DNA from: Podarcis erhardii
Lineage: Eukaryota
DNA length: 64,000 nucleotides
Strand: one strand, 5' to 3'
Assembly (NCBI GenBank): GCA_964252035.1
Contig: OZ176202.1
Under the pieces are notes generated by a model, which saw only the letters and a list, made by a program, of their open reading frames with translations, made no database searches and was not told the origin of the DNA. Positions 1-14,113 of the stretch are shown here, piece by piece. How positions within the stretch are numbered: the stretch's first letter is position 1; each line of letters begins with the position of its first letter. Both the position numbers and the translations under genes were made by a program.

Positions 1-169
1 CCCCCAACAATGGGAATGTTTCAGATAGGAATCCCTACATTATTTCCTTCTATTCAGATGAAGTTATTTTTTATGTACAATCTGATTTTCTGAGAAAGTT
101 GAATGGCCTCAGTTTTTGTAATGATCTCTAGATACAGATACTTGAGGGTGTTGCTTGATCTGAATTCTT

Positions 170-508
170 AAGCAAGCCAACCTGATTTTTACTTCCCAGA
201 CAAGAATCAGTAATTATTTTTGCACTTAGTAGTGAATTTTGCAGTGCAGTTCTTTGATCAGAACGGCAATATGACAATGTACTTTGCACATTAAAATGCA
301 TACAAAAATTCCTTGTAGGATAAATTGCATTTTTGTACGCACTTTCTTCTTTTAAAAAGTGCAAAAATACATTTGAAAATAATGTAAATAAATGTTCATG
401 TTTGTATTTTTAATTACTCATTGATGCAGACACAAAACTGAATTACCTTATGAGTGAACATGTGCAAAACTGACACTGACCAGAAACAGACTGATCTGTC
501 TATCCCTA
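170..508 (+). mobile_element. Older copy of the same AT-rich DNA transposon family
   Basis: gaattttgcagtgcagttctttg...aaaatgcatacaaaaat...ctgatctgtctatcccta. Confidence 0.5.
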
Positions 509-3500
509 GATTTCCCCTAAAGTTTTAAGTTGGTATACAAAGTGATGTTTTGTGGTTAATGGAGGCGAGAGACTGTTTGGACTTGACCGTCTTGGTGCTG
601 TCTTCCATGTGACATACAGAGCTATGGGTCACCACAGATCAAAAAGCTTTGGAATATGTTTTCCCTCCTCTTCCATTTTTCCGTAAAAGACTACACTTGC
701 CAGTTGTGATGTTGAGGATTGATTTATTGTATTTATGAGATAATTAGGGATAACAGAAAATTTTTAAGGGCTTCCTGTGAGTGACTTCGATATTCTTACT
801 GCATATAATGTTTTGGGGCTATTGTAAAAGCATGCTTTTATTTGAAGGAATAAGCTGTATGAACTGAGGCACATGTATAGGCAAGAAAAATGTTTAATTC
901 GTAGAACAGAAATAGTTCTGCTTTTCTTTACTGCTGTGCTGCGGTCTGATAGCACTAGGAGGCTGGCACACAAAGGTTTTCTCCGGCAGATGCCAACAAT
1001 CCTACTGAGTGACCTCCCCAGCTTCCTGGAGAGTTGCTCTATTTATACTGGTTGCAATTCCAATCCAAGTGGTTTCTGAAATTGAACAGCAGTCAATTTA
1101 TTTTCAGGTACCACTCCATTTGGAATTGCAATTAGGATAACAAGATCAGTTCTCTAGTGCAGGAAATTGGGAAGGTCACGCTACAAGATGGTTGGCGTCT
1201 TGATGGGGGGCCCCTGCTACTTCAGATCAAGGGAATCTCACCCAACTGATCTAATTATGAAACCTTCTCAAAAGTTCATGAATATGCATAACACAATCAC
1301 CAATATTTGACGTTAATTTCACTTGAGGAAATAACAACCCTGATATTCCACGTCTGAGTTCTAATGATTCACAGCAGGGGAGTCCCAGGGAAAAAAATGT
1401 TGTATTTTCCTGAACAGAGACACTAGACAGTATTGTGAGACATGTTGTCCAGTATATGCTGTGTCATTAAGGTCATAAGATATTGGCAGCATTTTCACTG
1501 TCAGATATGAGGCCACCTGGAGAGTTTCCATGGGCGGCATTCACACAGTGCTTTTGTCCATTTCCCCTACATTTCCCTAACTTAATCCCAGCACTATATT
1601 TGATCTTTTACATAGTGTAAAAGCCACTTCCAGAAAACTAATGGAATAAAACCCATTTTTAGTGCTCATTCCCATGTTATCTGATTCCAGAAAATAATCT
1701 ACTTGCAGTCTCCTTAACCCAGAAAATTTTGAGAGTAAAGTGATGAAATTTGGGTTGGCATACCAGCATACAGTTCTTTCTTGTTTTCGTGCAGGAATCA
1801 TTGGGGGGGGGGGAGAGAAGCATGCATGTGCAGAAATGGTAAGAGAGGAGTGATGGTGTCCAATGGCACCTGTTGTTGAGCAACACACCCACTGGTGTGA
1901 ATGAAGTTTAGCATTAACCTTTCCCTTTTCTCCTGCCATTTCTGTCTAATGAAAATTGGGCAGAGACTATGAATTGTTTTGGACAAAAAGAAGGAGAGTT
2001 GGCAGAGGAAGTGTGTGCATGTCACACATCCTTTGTGCACTTTCTGTGTAACATTTGAAGTTTCACTTTGGGGAGAAATATGATCAGTAGCTCTGTGTGT
2101 GGGAGCTAACATATCTCATCAAGGAGATATATGGGTACCCTCTTTGGATAATGTACAGGAAGCATCAATATACAAATAAAGACACACAAGTCACTTGGAC
2201 TTTCTTTGTGTTTCATTGTTAGCATGTGAAGTTGCTCTGTGCTTCATCTGTGAATACAGCTGGTACCAAATAAATGTTCCAGTGGCTTACAACCAGCCAG
2301 TTATTGCCAATGAATTTTAACAAGCATTATCAAGTAATGTCAAGACTGATTGAGTTTGGAAGAGGTCAGTGTCCTGTCTTGCCTCCTAAAGAATGCTATA
2401 GTCATTCCAGCTCCTTTGGGTAATCAGATCACAATTAATAACAGGGAAGGACATTTATTTGTGGTGACAAAATGTTATGTTTATACATGCATTCATCGAT
2501 TCTGGAGACAATGCCAGGATCAGAGCCTTCCTTCAATATATAGGCAAGAAATCTTAAAAAAAATTAAGACCCTAGCCTTTGTGTGTGTGCCATGAGTTGC
2601 CGGCTGTATTTAATGATGAAAGGAACTGCTATTCACATATGTATATTTAAGAAGGGGTGAATATTTGACTTTGTGAGAATTCCTGATTTTGGTACCATGC
2701 AAATTTATTTAAATATAATCAGTCAGAAAGGTACACCCACAAACGTATGCTCAGCAGTAATTCACTTGACCAGCTGAAGTAATAACTATCGTATAGCAGG
2801 AGTATCACCTGATGTCTAACTCTTTATAGATACATTAGAAATTCCAAACATAGCAGCTGCTCTATGATAGCCTGACTACATGAAAGCTATCATGTGATTA
2901 CCATAAGTCTGAGGAAATTTGCCTTCCAGTTGCATTAATATGACATGGCAACTGTGCTTCATTGCTCTTAGAAGCAATCTCTAACATTCTTGTTCCAAGC
3001 ATGGTCAGGCATCAGGTGGAGAAAAGGAAACTTTCATTTTCCTCCTGGAGTTTTCTCTTTTATACTTGCCCAGTGCCTGTGCTACCCTGTTCGCACAGTA
3101 GCTGATGTTTGTGCAATGAATGAAAGATGCAAGGAAGGACAGCTGTTAAAATGTCTCCATCGTTGACCTGCTAGAGGTTTGCGGGTGCCTCTTACTCCTG
3201 TTTGTGGAGACGTGAGTGCTTCCCTTTATTTTGGCCACTCATGCGCTGGACAGAGTCCCCACTCCCCCACCCCTAAAAACTGTTTGGTTCCTCTAACTCC
3301 TGCCATGGTGCTTCTGTATAGAGCTGTGACATGGGATTTATAGTGACGGGAGAATCTAAATTCCGGGGGAATCTCCACATAGGATCTACCAACTCAGCAA
3401 GTTCAGGAAATTGCTCCTAAGGAGATACCAGCTTATGTAGGAGGCCATGTTCTGCCTTGCAGACTGTGCAGCTGCACTGACCCTGCACTGTGTCTGAAAT

Positions 3501-5159
3501 GTGGCTTTTGCTTTCTAAATGCGTGTCCTAGCAATTCAGTTTGCAAGCCACTGAAACAGTGGCAGGCCACAGTACAGGCCTGGTCCTTTCTGCCTCTTGT
3601 TAGTCTGCCTCTAATTCCCTATCAGGAGACTACCTTTATTAATAGATTGTTGGTTGTGAGTATATTCTGATACTTATGAGTACAAAATGGCTCATGTATG
3701 CCATTTATTTGTGAATATTGCAGTGCCTGGTGTGCAAACACAATTACTCTAGTCATCTGTTGTCTGTAGTGTATAACATCAGCACTATTTTGAAGATCCA
3801 CCCACAGTCAGCAGTATTTTAGCAGTCTGACTCTTTTCTCTGACATAAGCATATGGATCCTAATTAGTTTTCAGTTTAACTGAGATTTCTTCTGTTATGA
3901 TAAAATTTATTACAAGCTGCCCTCAATATAGAGATGTAGGCACATGCACAATATAATCTGTTTCTTTGCATTTTATCCTGATTTTTTGTTGTTTTCTGGT
4001 AGGTGCCTGTGAGATGGTTAAACAAGTAGAACTGGTGGACTGGATGATTAAGTGATAGAATATAAGTAGCTTTTTAAAATTTTATTTTAGCAGTGATGTT
4101 CACAGATAGAGAAACTCTGCTAATCCTTCCAATGATGTGCCAAAGGCACAAGTTAGTTTCAAAGGACAGACAAAATGATAGATGAAGAGATTCATTGGTA
4201 TCTGCTCTGAGGACTCATGCTAATCAGAGCTGGGGGGGGGATCATTTTTGTTAAACAATAAGTTTCACTGATAAAATCAGAGCTGAGTTGTAAAAATTAT
4301 AAAGAACAGTTGAGCCCATAGCATAATAAAAAGTAAAATTATGCAAATTATAAAGTACCTAGCTATAGGCTAATCTTACATAATGAAATGTTGAACAACC
4401 AAAGCAAGGAACCCCTTTTTTGGTGGGATAGGAATAAAATCATACTCAAAAACATAATTTAAAACAGAACTGAAGATCCATGAATCTACCAGTAATATGT
4501 GTTCAAAACCTTTCAATGTAAAATGAACATATAAATGGTATAACCAAACAAAATAAAATACCTGTGACACGCTGGTAACATATGAACTGTGCCCGTCAGT
4601 TTCCATTCTTTTTAACTTCGTACATACTGTTAGGTATTCCCAAATTCTCTGCACAATAAGATTTTCAGTGGTTCACTAGTTACCAGGGCTTGGTTTCCTT
4701 TGGAATTTAACTATTTATTTAATAGGGTGTGCAACTACTTTTTAGGCAAAATTTGCCCCAAAGTGATATATATAACCCAACAACAGAACCATTAAAAAAA
4801 GAATCATAATACAAATAGTCCATCTATCTCTGGAGATCAGCATCCAATAGCTCAGCCCCCAAATGCCATGATGAAGAAAGAAGTCTTTGAGGCTCTTTAA
4901 AATTAACAAGGGGAGGAGTGACTTTACTGGAGGCTTGCTGGTGCTCTGTAATATTTGTGTTTGTTTAGAAGCATAAAGGTTGAGCATAGGTGGAAGTACA
5001 GTATTAAACAATCCAATGGCTTTCGTAGGTTCAGTATTCCCACATCAGTTTCTCAATGAAGGTGCAGGAAGAAATGCATGGCCCCTTCCCCAAAATGTCT
5101 CTCCTCTCCCAGAATACTTACGCCATCATTTAAATGAAGGTCTACCAGTTATTCCCTAT

Positions 5160-5278
5160 GGCTGGTGTAGTAACCTTTGGCCCCCAGGTGTTGGAGAATG
5201 ATAACTTCCATGCTTACTAGGACTGATGGAAATTGTAGTTCATCGACATCTGGAGGGCCAAAAAATCTCCACTCCTGC
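5160..5278. mobile_element. Palindromic hAT-type MITE, degraded
   Basis: aacctttggcccccaggtgttg ... gatggaaattgtagttcatcgacatctggagggccaaa...cactcctg. Related copies at 20670-20800, 60960-61075 and 62685-62735. Confidence 0.55.
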
Positions 5279-8200
5279 CCTATGACAACCGATCACCTTA
5301 GTTTACCTTAGACTATGCCCAGCTAGACCTGTTCAGCCAGGGTTTTTTTTACCACCTTATAGTTTTTATTTTTACAGTCACAAGCACACAGGGTTGGAAG
5401 AGACCCCGAGAGATCACCAGTTAGTTCAACACCAAACCAGTCACAATGTATTTGCTAAGAAGCAAAAATTGTATTTCTTCTGATGCTTTTTTTGTCATTT
5501 GTGCCCATAAACGTATTTCCATTATTTAAGAACTGGGAGTAATATTTTCAATTGTAGAGAGAAACCATTAGTAATATTATTTTGTTTCTATTTTAAAAAT
5601 CACCCTGCTCAACTCTGATGTCCACTGCTGTTTAGCCCCAAATTCTGCTCACACAGTTTTTCTCTTGAATTTAGCTGCTGGGGCTACACACACACACCAC
5701 TCTCTTCAAAAAGAAGAAATCAGTTGTTATGAAGATGAGGAAATGTGGAGGGGTATTAACTTTATCCCCCTTTTAACCCTGAATAGATTCAGAGACACAA
5801 TTATTGCTTATTGAAAAGGGCTCCACCCACATAGCCCTTGCAGGTGGGTCAAGGAGAGAAATGGCCATTGTACGTAACACCCATTTGAATATTCTGTAAC
5901 TTTTTCAGTTCAGGGTACATCCACAATACATCTCTGACTCCTAGCTTGATCAGGAGAAAATATTTTACTGTAAGACTCTGGCATTTATATGCAATGTTCA
6001 ACACTTTTTTCTGAATTCTAAGAGAGTTATGTTTTGTGCCACAAGTGGTTAATGACCCAGCCCTTTGGATTCTTTCTAAAACTCTTTGATTCTACCACCA
6101 CCACCCCAGCTTGGAGAAAAGAGAGTTATTATAGAGTGAGTTATTGCTTTTGAATAGGATCTTGTATATTGAAGTTAAAAGGAAAAGCACTGAGAACCTC
6201 TGTGCTTAACCTCTCTCCTCCTGCTATGAATTGCTTTCTGTATTTCTGGAGAGAAATTGCACATAATGTAAATGTGGCATTATAACACATGTATTTGACT
6301 GCCAGAAATAAAGTTCACAGATGAACAAACTCCACTAAGTTTGTCTCCTCTTTCAGTGGTTTGCCCAGGGCACAAGTCAATTTCAAAGGACAGACAAGAA
6401 GAAAGACCAAGGAGCTCATTGGTGGCCATTCTTCTGAGGACTCAGTAAAGCTTGTAGGAGCTCAGCAAGAAAATGGGAGCTGAGTTGTGCATATTACACA
6501 ATTGAGTCTTTAGTTTAGTCAGTCAAAATGTCAGGATTCCAGTGAATTATTTTCACTTTCTGGCTGTTCTACCCATTTTAGGAGACCTGTGGGAAGTATC
6601 ACCGGTAACTCAGGAATTGCCACAATCTATTTGTAATCCATCTAAAAAGATCTGAGAAAAATTCATTATTATTTTCATGGACAATTGGTAAGCAAACATT
6701 TACCAAATCATGTTGTTAAATTTTCAACATGAGTCTTTTCCAGAAAATACATCTGTTCTCTATTTTTTTAAAAAAAGATATGGGGTAAAAATGAGTATAT
6801 AATAAATAATAAGATTCCATTGATAATGTTAAACATAAGCCAATATTTACATAATGACAGGCAAAATTGCTTCCAAAGTTCTAGTCATCATAAGCATCAG
6901 TCATCCTGATGATTGTTCATCTGTTGTGTACTGGCTGTTTAGATATTTTGCAATAACACACTGCTTGTACAATTGTGTTTTATTTTTTATATCAAATGAA
7001 GGTTGATGTAATGATATTTATGTATATGGTATAAGCATTGAGATTTTAATTACAATGCATATTTATCTCTCATCATCTCTTTTCAGGAGGCTCCCATGTT
7101 ACCAATATTTTCAGTGATGATTTTGCTATCTCACTGAAAGATATTTAGGCTAAAATATTCTGGATGCTTACATGCAAATATGCCTTACTGAATGTACAGG
7201 AATCTGTGCAGCAATGTGGCATACTGGGAACAATATAGATCTTGTGTAAATTATGGACTGTATTAGCTCTGTAATGGATTCATAATTATCTGATATCGGG
7301 GTTTGTTACATGCTGACTGAGAATAATTTAAAGTTAATTTCTGTTGTAAGATTATGTGAAACTTAGTATAAGTATGACTGTTGTCTTACGTGGTAGGCAA
7401 GTGTTACTGCCCAAATTTACTGGAAAGAGTCTTCTAATAATGAAAATAATGATGGCAACAATAGCTGTTAAAATGTCTAAGTACTAGAAAATGAGAGCAA
7501 ACCAAAGGAAAAATGTATGAGTGAAGAACATTTGGGAATTGTTTTACCATAAGGTCAAACTGTATGTTACATTGAACATGTGACTACATTTAATGTATCT
7601 GTTTGAGTTGCATATCTCAAATGAATATTCATGTGTATCCCAGCGTTGACCTGTACTAAAGTGACAGTACACCTTATGCTTTTTAGGATCAAAGCCACTA
7701 AACATGCCATTTCTATGAAATTTACAAAACCAGGTCTGTTTTTCATGTCTTAGTAACACCTTAGCTTACTCTGACATTCATGTTTAACCTTCCTTTTTAT
7801 AGAACTGCTTGTGTACCAGAAATGACTATGTCATAATGAAAGACAAACCCCATACAGGCAATTTTAGCAAACAAGACTGTGACTATTTTTCAGTTCAATT
7901 GGTTGTCACAATTCCTTTCTTTCCCTCTTCCCTTTTTTATTTCCTTTCTCTTTTAACCAGTAATCCTTCAAAAACTGGAATTACCTCTTATCTCTGTTTC
8001 GCCAGCATACAAAAACAATTAAACCCCATAACTAAGCATAGCTTTATACTGTTCCACAATGTAAATGTTTATTAAAGCAGGAATGTCTACAGTTCTGGGC
8101 CAAGACATTTTGCTTCCTGAGGTGAAAATAGTACTGAAAGCATCTCATTCGGCCCAATGGTAGGTCTGGGCCTGACAGATGTATGGGATCATTGTTAGGG

Positions 8201-10499
8201 TACGTTGTTGAGGACCCCCAAAACCCCAGATTGACTTCCTGCTCTTACAACAACTATTCTTAATTCCTGTCTATAAAACGGGACGATAGCAGGGTTGCAA
8301 CTGTAATTAATGAATCAAAATGTTCTAACTCAATACAAAAAAATGGAGCTGTGTAGATCTCTTGATCATCAAGCTGACACTGATCTTTAAAAGGATGTGT
8401 GTATATTTCAGGCTCAGCAGAAAATGGAGGTTCTACTAGTCCAGCATTTTCTTCTGGAAGCTCACTAGCAGGGCATGCTGTGAAAGTGATGCTTATCTTC
8501 TGTTTTATTTATATCTTGCTTCTAATAATCCGAGGAATTTTGCCCATTTACACAGAGGTTCCATTATGCCATCATAGCTAATGACCATTAACAGACATAA
8601 CTTCCATGAATTTTCCTAATTTTTTTATCAAAGGCATCTAAACTTGCAGACAACACCACAAACATCATCTTGTGTAGTAACATGATGTTTAACCTGTCCC
8701 TCCTATTGAAGAGTATTGACAATTGCACTACAAGGAGTAGGGCTGGGATCCAACCATGATGTTTCACAATTTAGAGAAGACTTAGCACACCACACCAATC
8801 AAATGCTGCTATGCTATGCCAAATTATACTTTTTCTTATTAGTTGACTAATACAGACAGAAGCAGGTGCAGGCATAATGTTTATATTTACTGACTACGTG
8901 AAATATATTTACATTTGCTCACTTTCTGCCAATAAATTACTGTATGACAGCAGGCTCAAGGGCGTACAATGCCTTATCATGTAATAATCACACACCTAGG
9001 TGGTTAATAGCATTTGCCATTGGCCTGCTGCCTAGCAAGAAACCATGATATGTGATTTGTATGAGTAGGGACACATGCCATGGCATGTTATATGGCTTAA
9101 TAAAAAAAAATAAGGTTCTGTTTTCAGCTTTAATTTTGCTGTCACCAATGTTTGCATTCCTGTTTTTTTATTGGTTAGAGTCCTAAGAGAAATGGAAAGG
9201 AGGAATGAGAGGGGGGGAGGAAAGATAAAATATTTATGACTTAATATGTTTAAGACCTGGAATAAATACATAAAATTGTCTAAATAATCTCCTAGGGATA
9301 GGGGAATCTTGAGCCAATGTATTTAACTTGGTTACCATTCTTTTGTATATTTCCTTTTCATTTGGAAATGAAATCGGTGCTGTTCATCTTCTTTTTTTAA
9401 TAATCACCTTGACAATCACAAAGACAGAACACTCCTTTCTGATCATTCACATTCAGCTCAAGGTGTGGGGAGGTACATCTGAATGCAAGGGAAGCATACT
9501 GAATCCTAGTTCTCAATGAGGTAGCAGCTTTGTGTTTGGGCTTCTGATTGCAGCACTTCAGGCTTGTCGATAAGGGTTTCCAGGGTGGGATGGCTCCCTG
9601 ACTGTAAAAGGATTCCTGCACACAGAAAAACTAACATGCCAAGGAGAAGGCTAGACTATAATATTTCTAATAATAATTAGAGTGTGTTTATGGAGGCCCA
9701 GTATCCACCTGCAACCCAAAATGGTATAGCCCAGGCAGTTTTATTACTTCAATGTCAATTACATATTTTCATTTTTTAGAAGTATCATTGAGTGGCATGG
9801 GAAGTCTCAAACCCATCAGCTGACTGGCAAATCTATTCCTCTATAGCTTACTGGGGCCTGTTCTCCATCAGTCCTGTTCCTTGCAAGGCTCCACTTCCAG
9901 CAAAATAAAATATATGTATCAGAACTAATTGTTCTGACCTGTCCATACCAGATTCCCACAGCAGCAAGGCAGGACAAAGGCAGAAGGTGAACTAAGGCCT
10001 TGCTTCCTTCGGTCCACCTTCCCCAAGGTCCACCCCACTTGGGCTAAAGAAGATCAAGGGCCAAATATTCCTAGTGTGCAAAGGAGCACTTGTTCACTTG
10101 TCCCATCTGGCATGGTCCCAGCACCATTTGTCAGGTTGTTAGCAATGGAAGCCCTTGATTCCTTTGAGGAGTCTGGCTCAGGGGGCAGTATCCCTTGTAT
10201 AACTCGAGCAGTCTCACAACTGCCAGAAAGTCAATATCTGTGATCAACAATATTGAAGAGTCGTCCTTAGAAAGGGTAGTTTGCCTATAGTCAATAACTG
10301 GCTGAATAATCAACAACATTAGATGGTGGGCAGGGTCCAGGTGATTACAGGGCTTGAGATAGTTGAGCCTGTACTGTGCCTAAATGGCAGCATTTACCAA
10401 CTAAATCCAGCTTCTTCCATCTGCCATGCATATGCCCAAAATATTCAATCATCTAATGATAAGGAAGGATGCCTGGTGACAGCCATCAAAGTCAGCAGG

Positions 10500-10927
10500 C
10501 ATAATATTCATAACTGCAATACGTCAAGGACCCACTCCTCCCTATATGAGCCAACCTGGACCTAGCAATTATCATCTGATGCCCTTCTTTGTGTGCCCTG
10601 TCCACGAGATGTCTGGAGAATAGCAACATGAGAACTGGCCTATTTCTGCAGTGGCTCCCCATTTGTGGAATGCTCTCCCCAGGGAGGCTTGCCTGTCACC
10701 TTTATTGTACATCTTTAGGCAAAAATGTTTCTCTTCAGCCAGGTCTTTGGTTGATTAACATTCTGTGTCCTTTTAAATATATTTTTTTGGGGGGGGGGCG
10801 TGCTATTGGTTTGTTTTGTTTTCGTTCTTATTTTTATTATGTATTATTTGTTTTTATTTTATATTTTTATGCTGTGAACCACCCTGAGATTTTTGACTGA
10901 AGGTGGTGTACAAATTAATTAATTAAT
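10500..10927 (+). mobile_element. L2 LINE 3' fragment, degraded; possibly extends to about 10280
   Basis: gcagtggctccccatttgtggaatgctctccccagggagg matches the L2 ORF2 end (AFSVVAPxLWNALP-like). Ends gtgaaccaccctgag...ggtggtgtacaaattaattaatt. Confidence 0.75.
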
Positions 10928-12512
10928 TATAACTATATTCCTCATAACACAGAATTCTAACTGCATCTTTGGGAACAGGGCTACTGAATTGCTGTCACAC
11001 AAGGGTAATTTAGGATAAGGGATTTGTGCCATCTTGAAAGGCCATCTTCAGAATGTTTTGATCCATATTTTTGTATGCTACTTTTATTAAAGTTGAAGTC
11101 AGCAGAAATATCTTTTGATATAAAATGTTTTGTGGGGTATTTTTTACATAACAATTATCCTTTATCAAAGTACCTTTGATTACCCCACTAGAAATAACCT
11201 AGCTTCTGAAGAATATTGGCTTATTTTCCTTATTGAAATAAAGCACCCATCTTCCTTTATTCTGACAGGAGGATAGAATCAGCTTTCAAAAAAATACAGA
11301 TGCCCTGTGCATTTGTATACCTATTTGTAGGGTACCGGTATATTTTGAAATATAATAGGTGTGATTAAAAAGAAAAAAGAATCCAGAGATTTAAACTGCT
11401 GCAAGATCAAAGGAACAGAGGCAGCAACTACTAGGTGGCTTGTGTCTGATGGCATTTTTTATGTCTGTGTGTGGGTTTTTAAAAAATCATTAGCATATCT
11501 TATTGAAAGAGATAATTGAACCATTGAATTGGGAGGTCCAGATCTTGAATATAAAATGCAAAATATTTGCAAATTGCATGATTAGTAACCTTTCCTTTGT
11601 AGTTTTCTTTTGGGAAGCTGTTAAGCTAGCTATAAGAAAGGAGGCAGCTAACTCTAGCCTACAGCAAAGGGAAGATTATCAAGATAATGCTAGACTTTTT
11701 TGAGTCAAATATGAAACATTGCTGGTTTTTAAAATCATCTGTTGTTCTTTATAAGCATAATCTCAATAGATGTAACACAGGAATGTGCGTAATATAATCT
11801 CTCTTCCAACAGCAAGAATGCACTTCAGCATAATTCAGGGTTCAGGTGACCTACACACATCCATCATTTATAAGTCTCGAGGAAGACCACACCAGTTTGC
11901 TGATGATGGCTGCATGACTTAGTTATTCTCATGAGACCTACATGTAGTCTGTTGCCCCTTTGCACTGTCATTCCATGTTGTGCTTTGATGGACACATGAG
12001 TAAATGAAAGGCTTGGTATCGATTTCCATACAGATGTTAATAATTTTTGTGTACATCATCCATGGAATAGCGGTTACTCTTGCACAGAATTTGATATTGC
12101 AGTATTCCTTGATGAAGAGATGATGCACGAAGCTTGCACAACAGCTTTTTATCTCTTGGTCTGTGTGGATTCAAAGCTGAATCAGAGAAATGAATGCATT
12201 TTTCCTTGCTGTCATCTTAATGGAGTTTTGTTTACATCACATGCCATCAAATACTGTAGAGGGATTGACTAGCTCTGCCCACAGGAAGCTGAGAACCGGC
12301 AGATTCTGTGCAAAACAGAAGGTTGCACTTGAACTTTCTGGGGAAACTTTCAGACTTTCTGGTGGATGTTTTGTTTAGACATGATGAAATGGAGCTATTT
12401 GCTGCTGAATGGATCTACTTAGGATAGCAATATGTCTTGCATCCAGTGTCTTTAGACTCTCTCTTAAGAAAAATAATCAGGAAACAATTTGCTTATCTTG
12501 TACTTTATCTGC

Positions 12513-12516
<4 letters not shown>

Positions 12517-12554
<38 letters not shown>
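12517..12554. repeat. (AC)19 microsatellite
   Basis: Direct read. Confidence 0.95.
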
Positions 12555-12557
<3 letters not shown>

Positions 12558-13059
12558 CTACTATATCTGCACATAGTAACTCTATTGTGTGTGTGTTAGT
12601 ATCTCACTCCCTCACAGCAAGCAGTTTCAGCAAATTACCCCTTATGGCAGCAGGGGGAAGTACCAGTAGAGGCTGGTGCTAGTTGGTTCTGGTAGGGCAG
12701 GGAAGCCAATGTTAGGTGGCACCAGAACCAATCACACCAGGTGGTTGCAGGCCCCAGGAGACCCCAGAGGGCAGCCTTTGCTATTTCCTCCCTAGGGGTG
12801 TGAGGATACCAGCAGAGCCTACTATTCACCAAGAGGCAGTTGTAGAGGCAGCATTGGGTGGACATTGCAGAGGAGGAGGCAGATCTGACTTCCAAGGAGT
12901 GTGCCGCTGCAGCAACCTCAGGCAGTGCATTCATTGGAGGCCGGATTTGCTGCCCCTGTGGATCCTGACACCTGGTTGCCTTACTTTGCCTCATGAGTGG
13001 GCTGGCCTTGGAGCCAACTAATTTTAGTTTAGTCCATATCCTCCTCCCTGCTGAGTTCT

Positions 13060-13117
13060 GCAGGGAACTAAGGATGGCGGGGTATAAATAATAAAAATAT
13101 TATTATTATTATTATTA
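13060..13117 (+). mobile_element. Short L2-type tail
   Basis: gatggcggggtataaataataaaaatattattattattatt, the same terminus as the other L2-type tails. Confidence 0.55.
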
Positions 13118-13950
13118 AGGAGGAGGGAGCATAATTCCCATCCATTCCCATGGGGCTCTCAAAGGACAAGTGCCCTTGCTAACTGCATTAATAGAATGAA
13201 TGGTTCCCACTATCATCACATAACACAGTGACTGTTTTACTCTTGAATTGTCTTGTGCATTGCTGACAAGAGGCAGGGTTTGTGTGTTTAAAAAAAAATC
13301 ATTCTAAATAAGTTTTTGTTGTTGAATTTTTGATGGCATGCCACCACCTGCAGTAATAATTGGGGTTGCATTAATGCATAATGTTAGCAGAGTTTCTTCA
13401 GTGCCAAAGCAATTGTCATGCAATACCATTTGCAGGTCTCATTACAATCATTGGAAGTGATAGAGAGGCGGAGGTTGCAAGGTCTTCTAAAAATGAGTCC
13501 GTTCAGTGACTCAGTGTGTGACAGGGAGAAAATGGGACAAACTCATTCCATCTTCAGTCATCAAAAAGCATGACCAGAGGTGAAACTTGTGGTGTGTTTT
13601 AAGGCCTGATCCTTCTGTACCTTTAAATACAGCTAGGCTTTCTTTTAAAACTAGTTAGCCCAGAATAGGTTCCTGGTGATGAGGCGGCTTCCAGTGCTAA
13701 AATACTGCTGAAAATGTGCTAGGAAAACAAGACAGGCAGAAAACCCTTGAAAGATAAGAGCCTCTCCATTTCAGTGCAGGGATTTTCCAGCTTGTTCAGA
13801 GGCAGATGTAGTGCACTAGAATCCCGAAGAACAATGCTAATTAGTATTCCATTAAAAAGGAAGAAATCTTGCTGAGACCTGGAGTCACATCCCGACAGTC
13901 GAAGTGAAACATGGCTCACTAATGTAGCCTTAATTCTTTTTATTTTGCAG

Positions 13951-14113
13951 AGACAGCAAGCTGACCATGTTGCTCCGGGAGTCCCTTGGGAACATGAACT
14001 GCCGTACTACCATGATAGCTCACATTTCGGCAGCTGCAGGGAACTATGCTGAAACACTTTCCACCATCCAGATTGCATCCAGGGTTTTAAGAATGAAGAA
14101 AAAGAAAACAAAG
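13951..14113 (+). CDS. KIF26B: KIF26B internal coding exon (about exon 11 by analogy to human); end of kinesin motor domain plus basic neck
   Basis: Acceptor ttttgcag|A at 13950/13951 and donor AAG|gtaagg at 14113/14114. 163 bp (1+162) encodes [54 protein letters not shown], matching recalled KIF26B and the kinesin alpha5-alpha6 motif. Confidence 0.96.

Noticed and set aside
1-13950. Search for the preceding KIF26B exon (...SRLHLIDLGSC...HIPY)
   Set aside because: Not found by eye; probably upstream of the window because this intron is long in other vertebrates.
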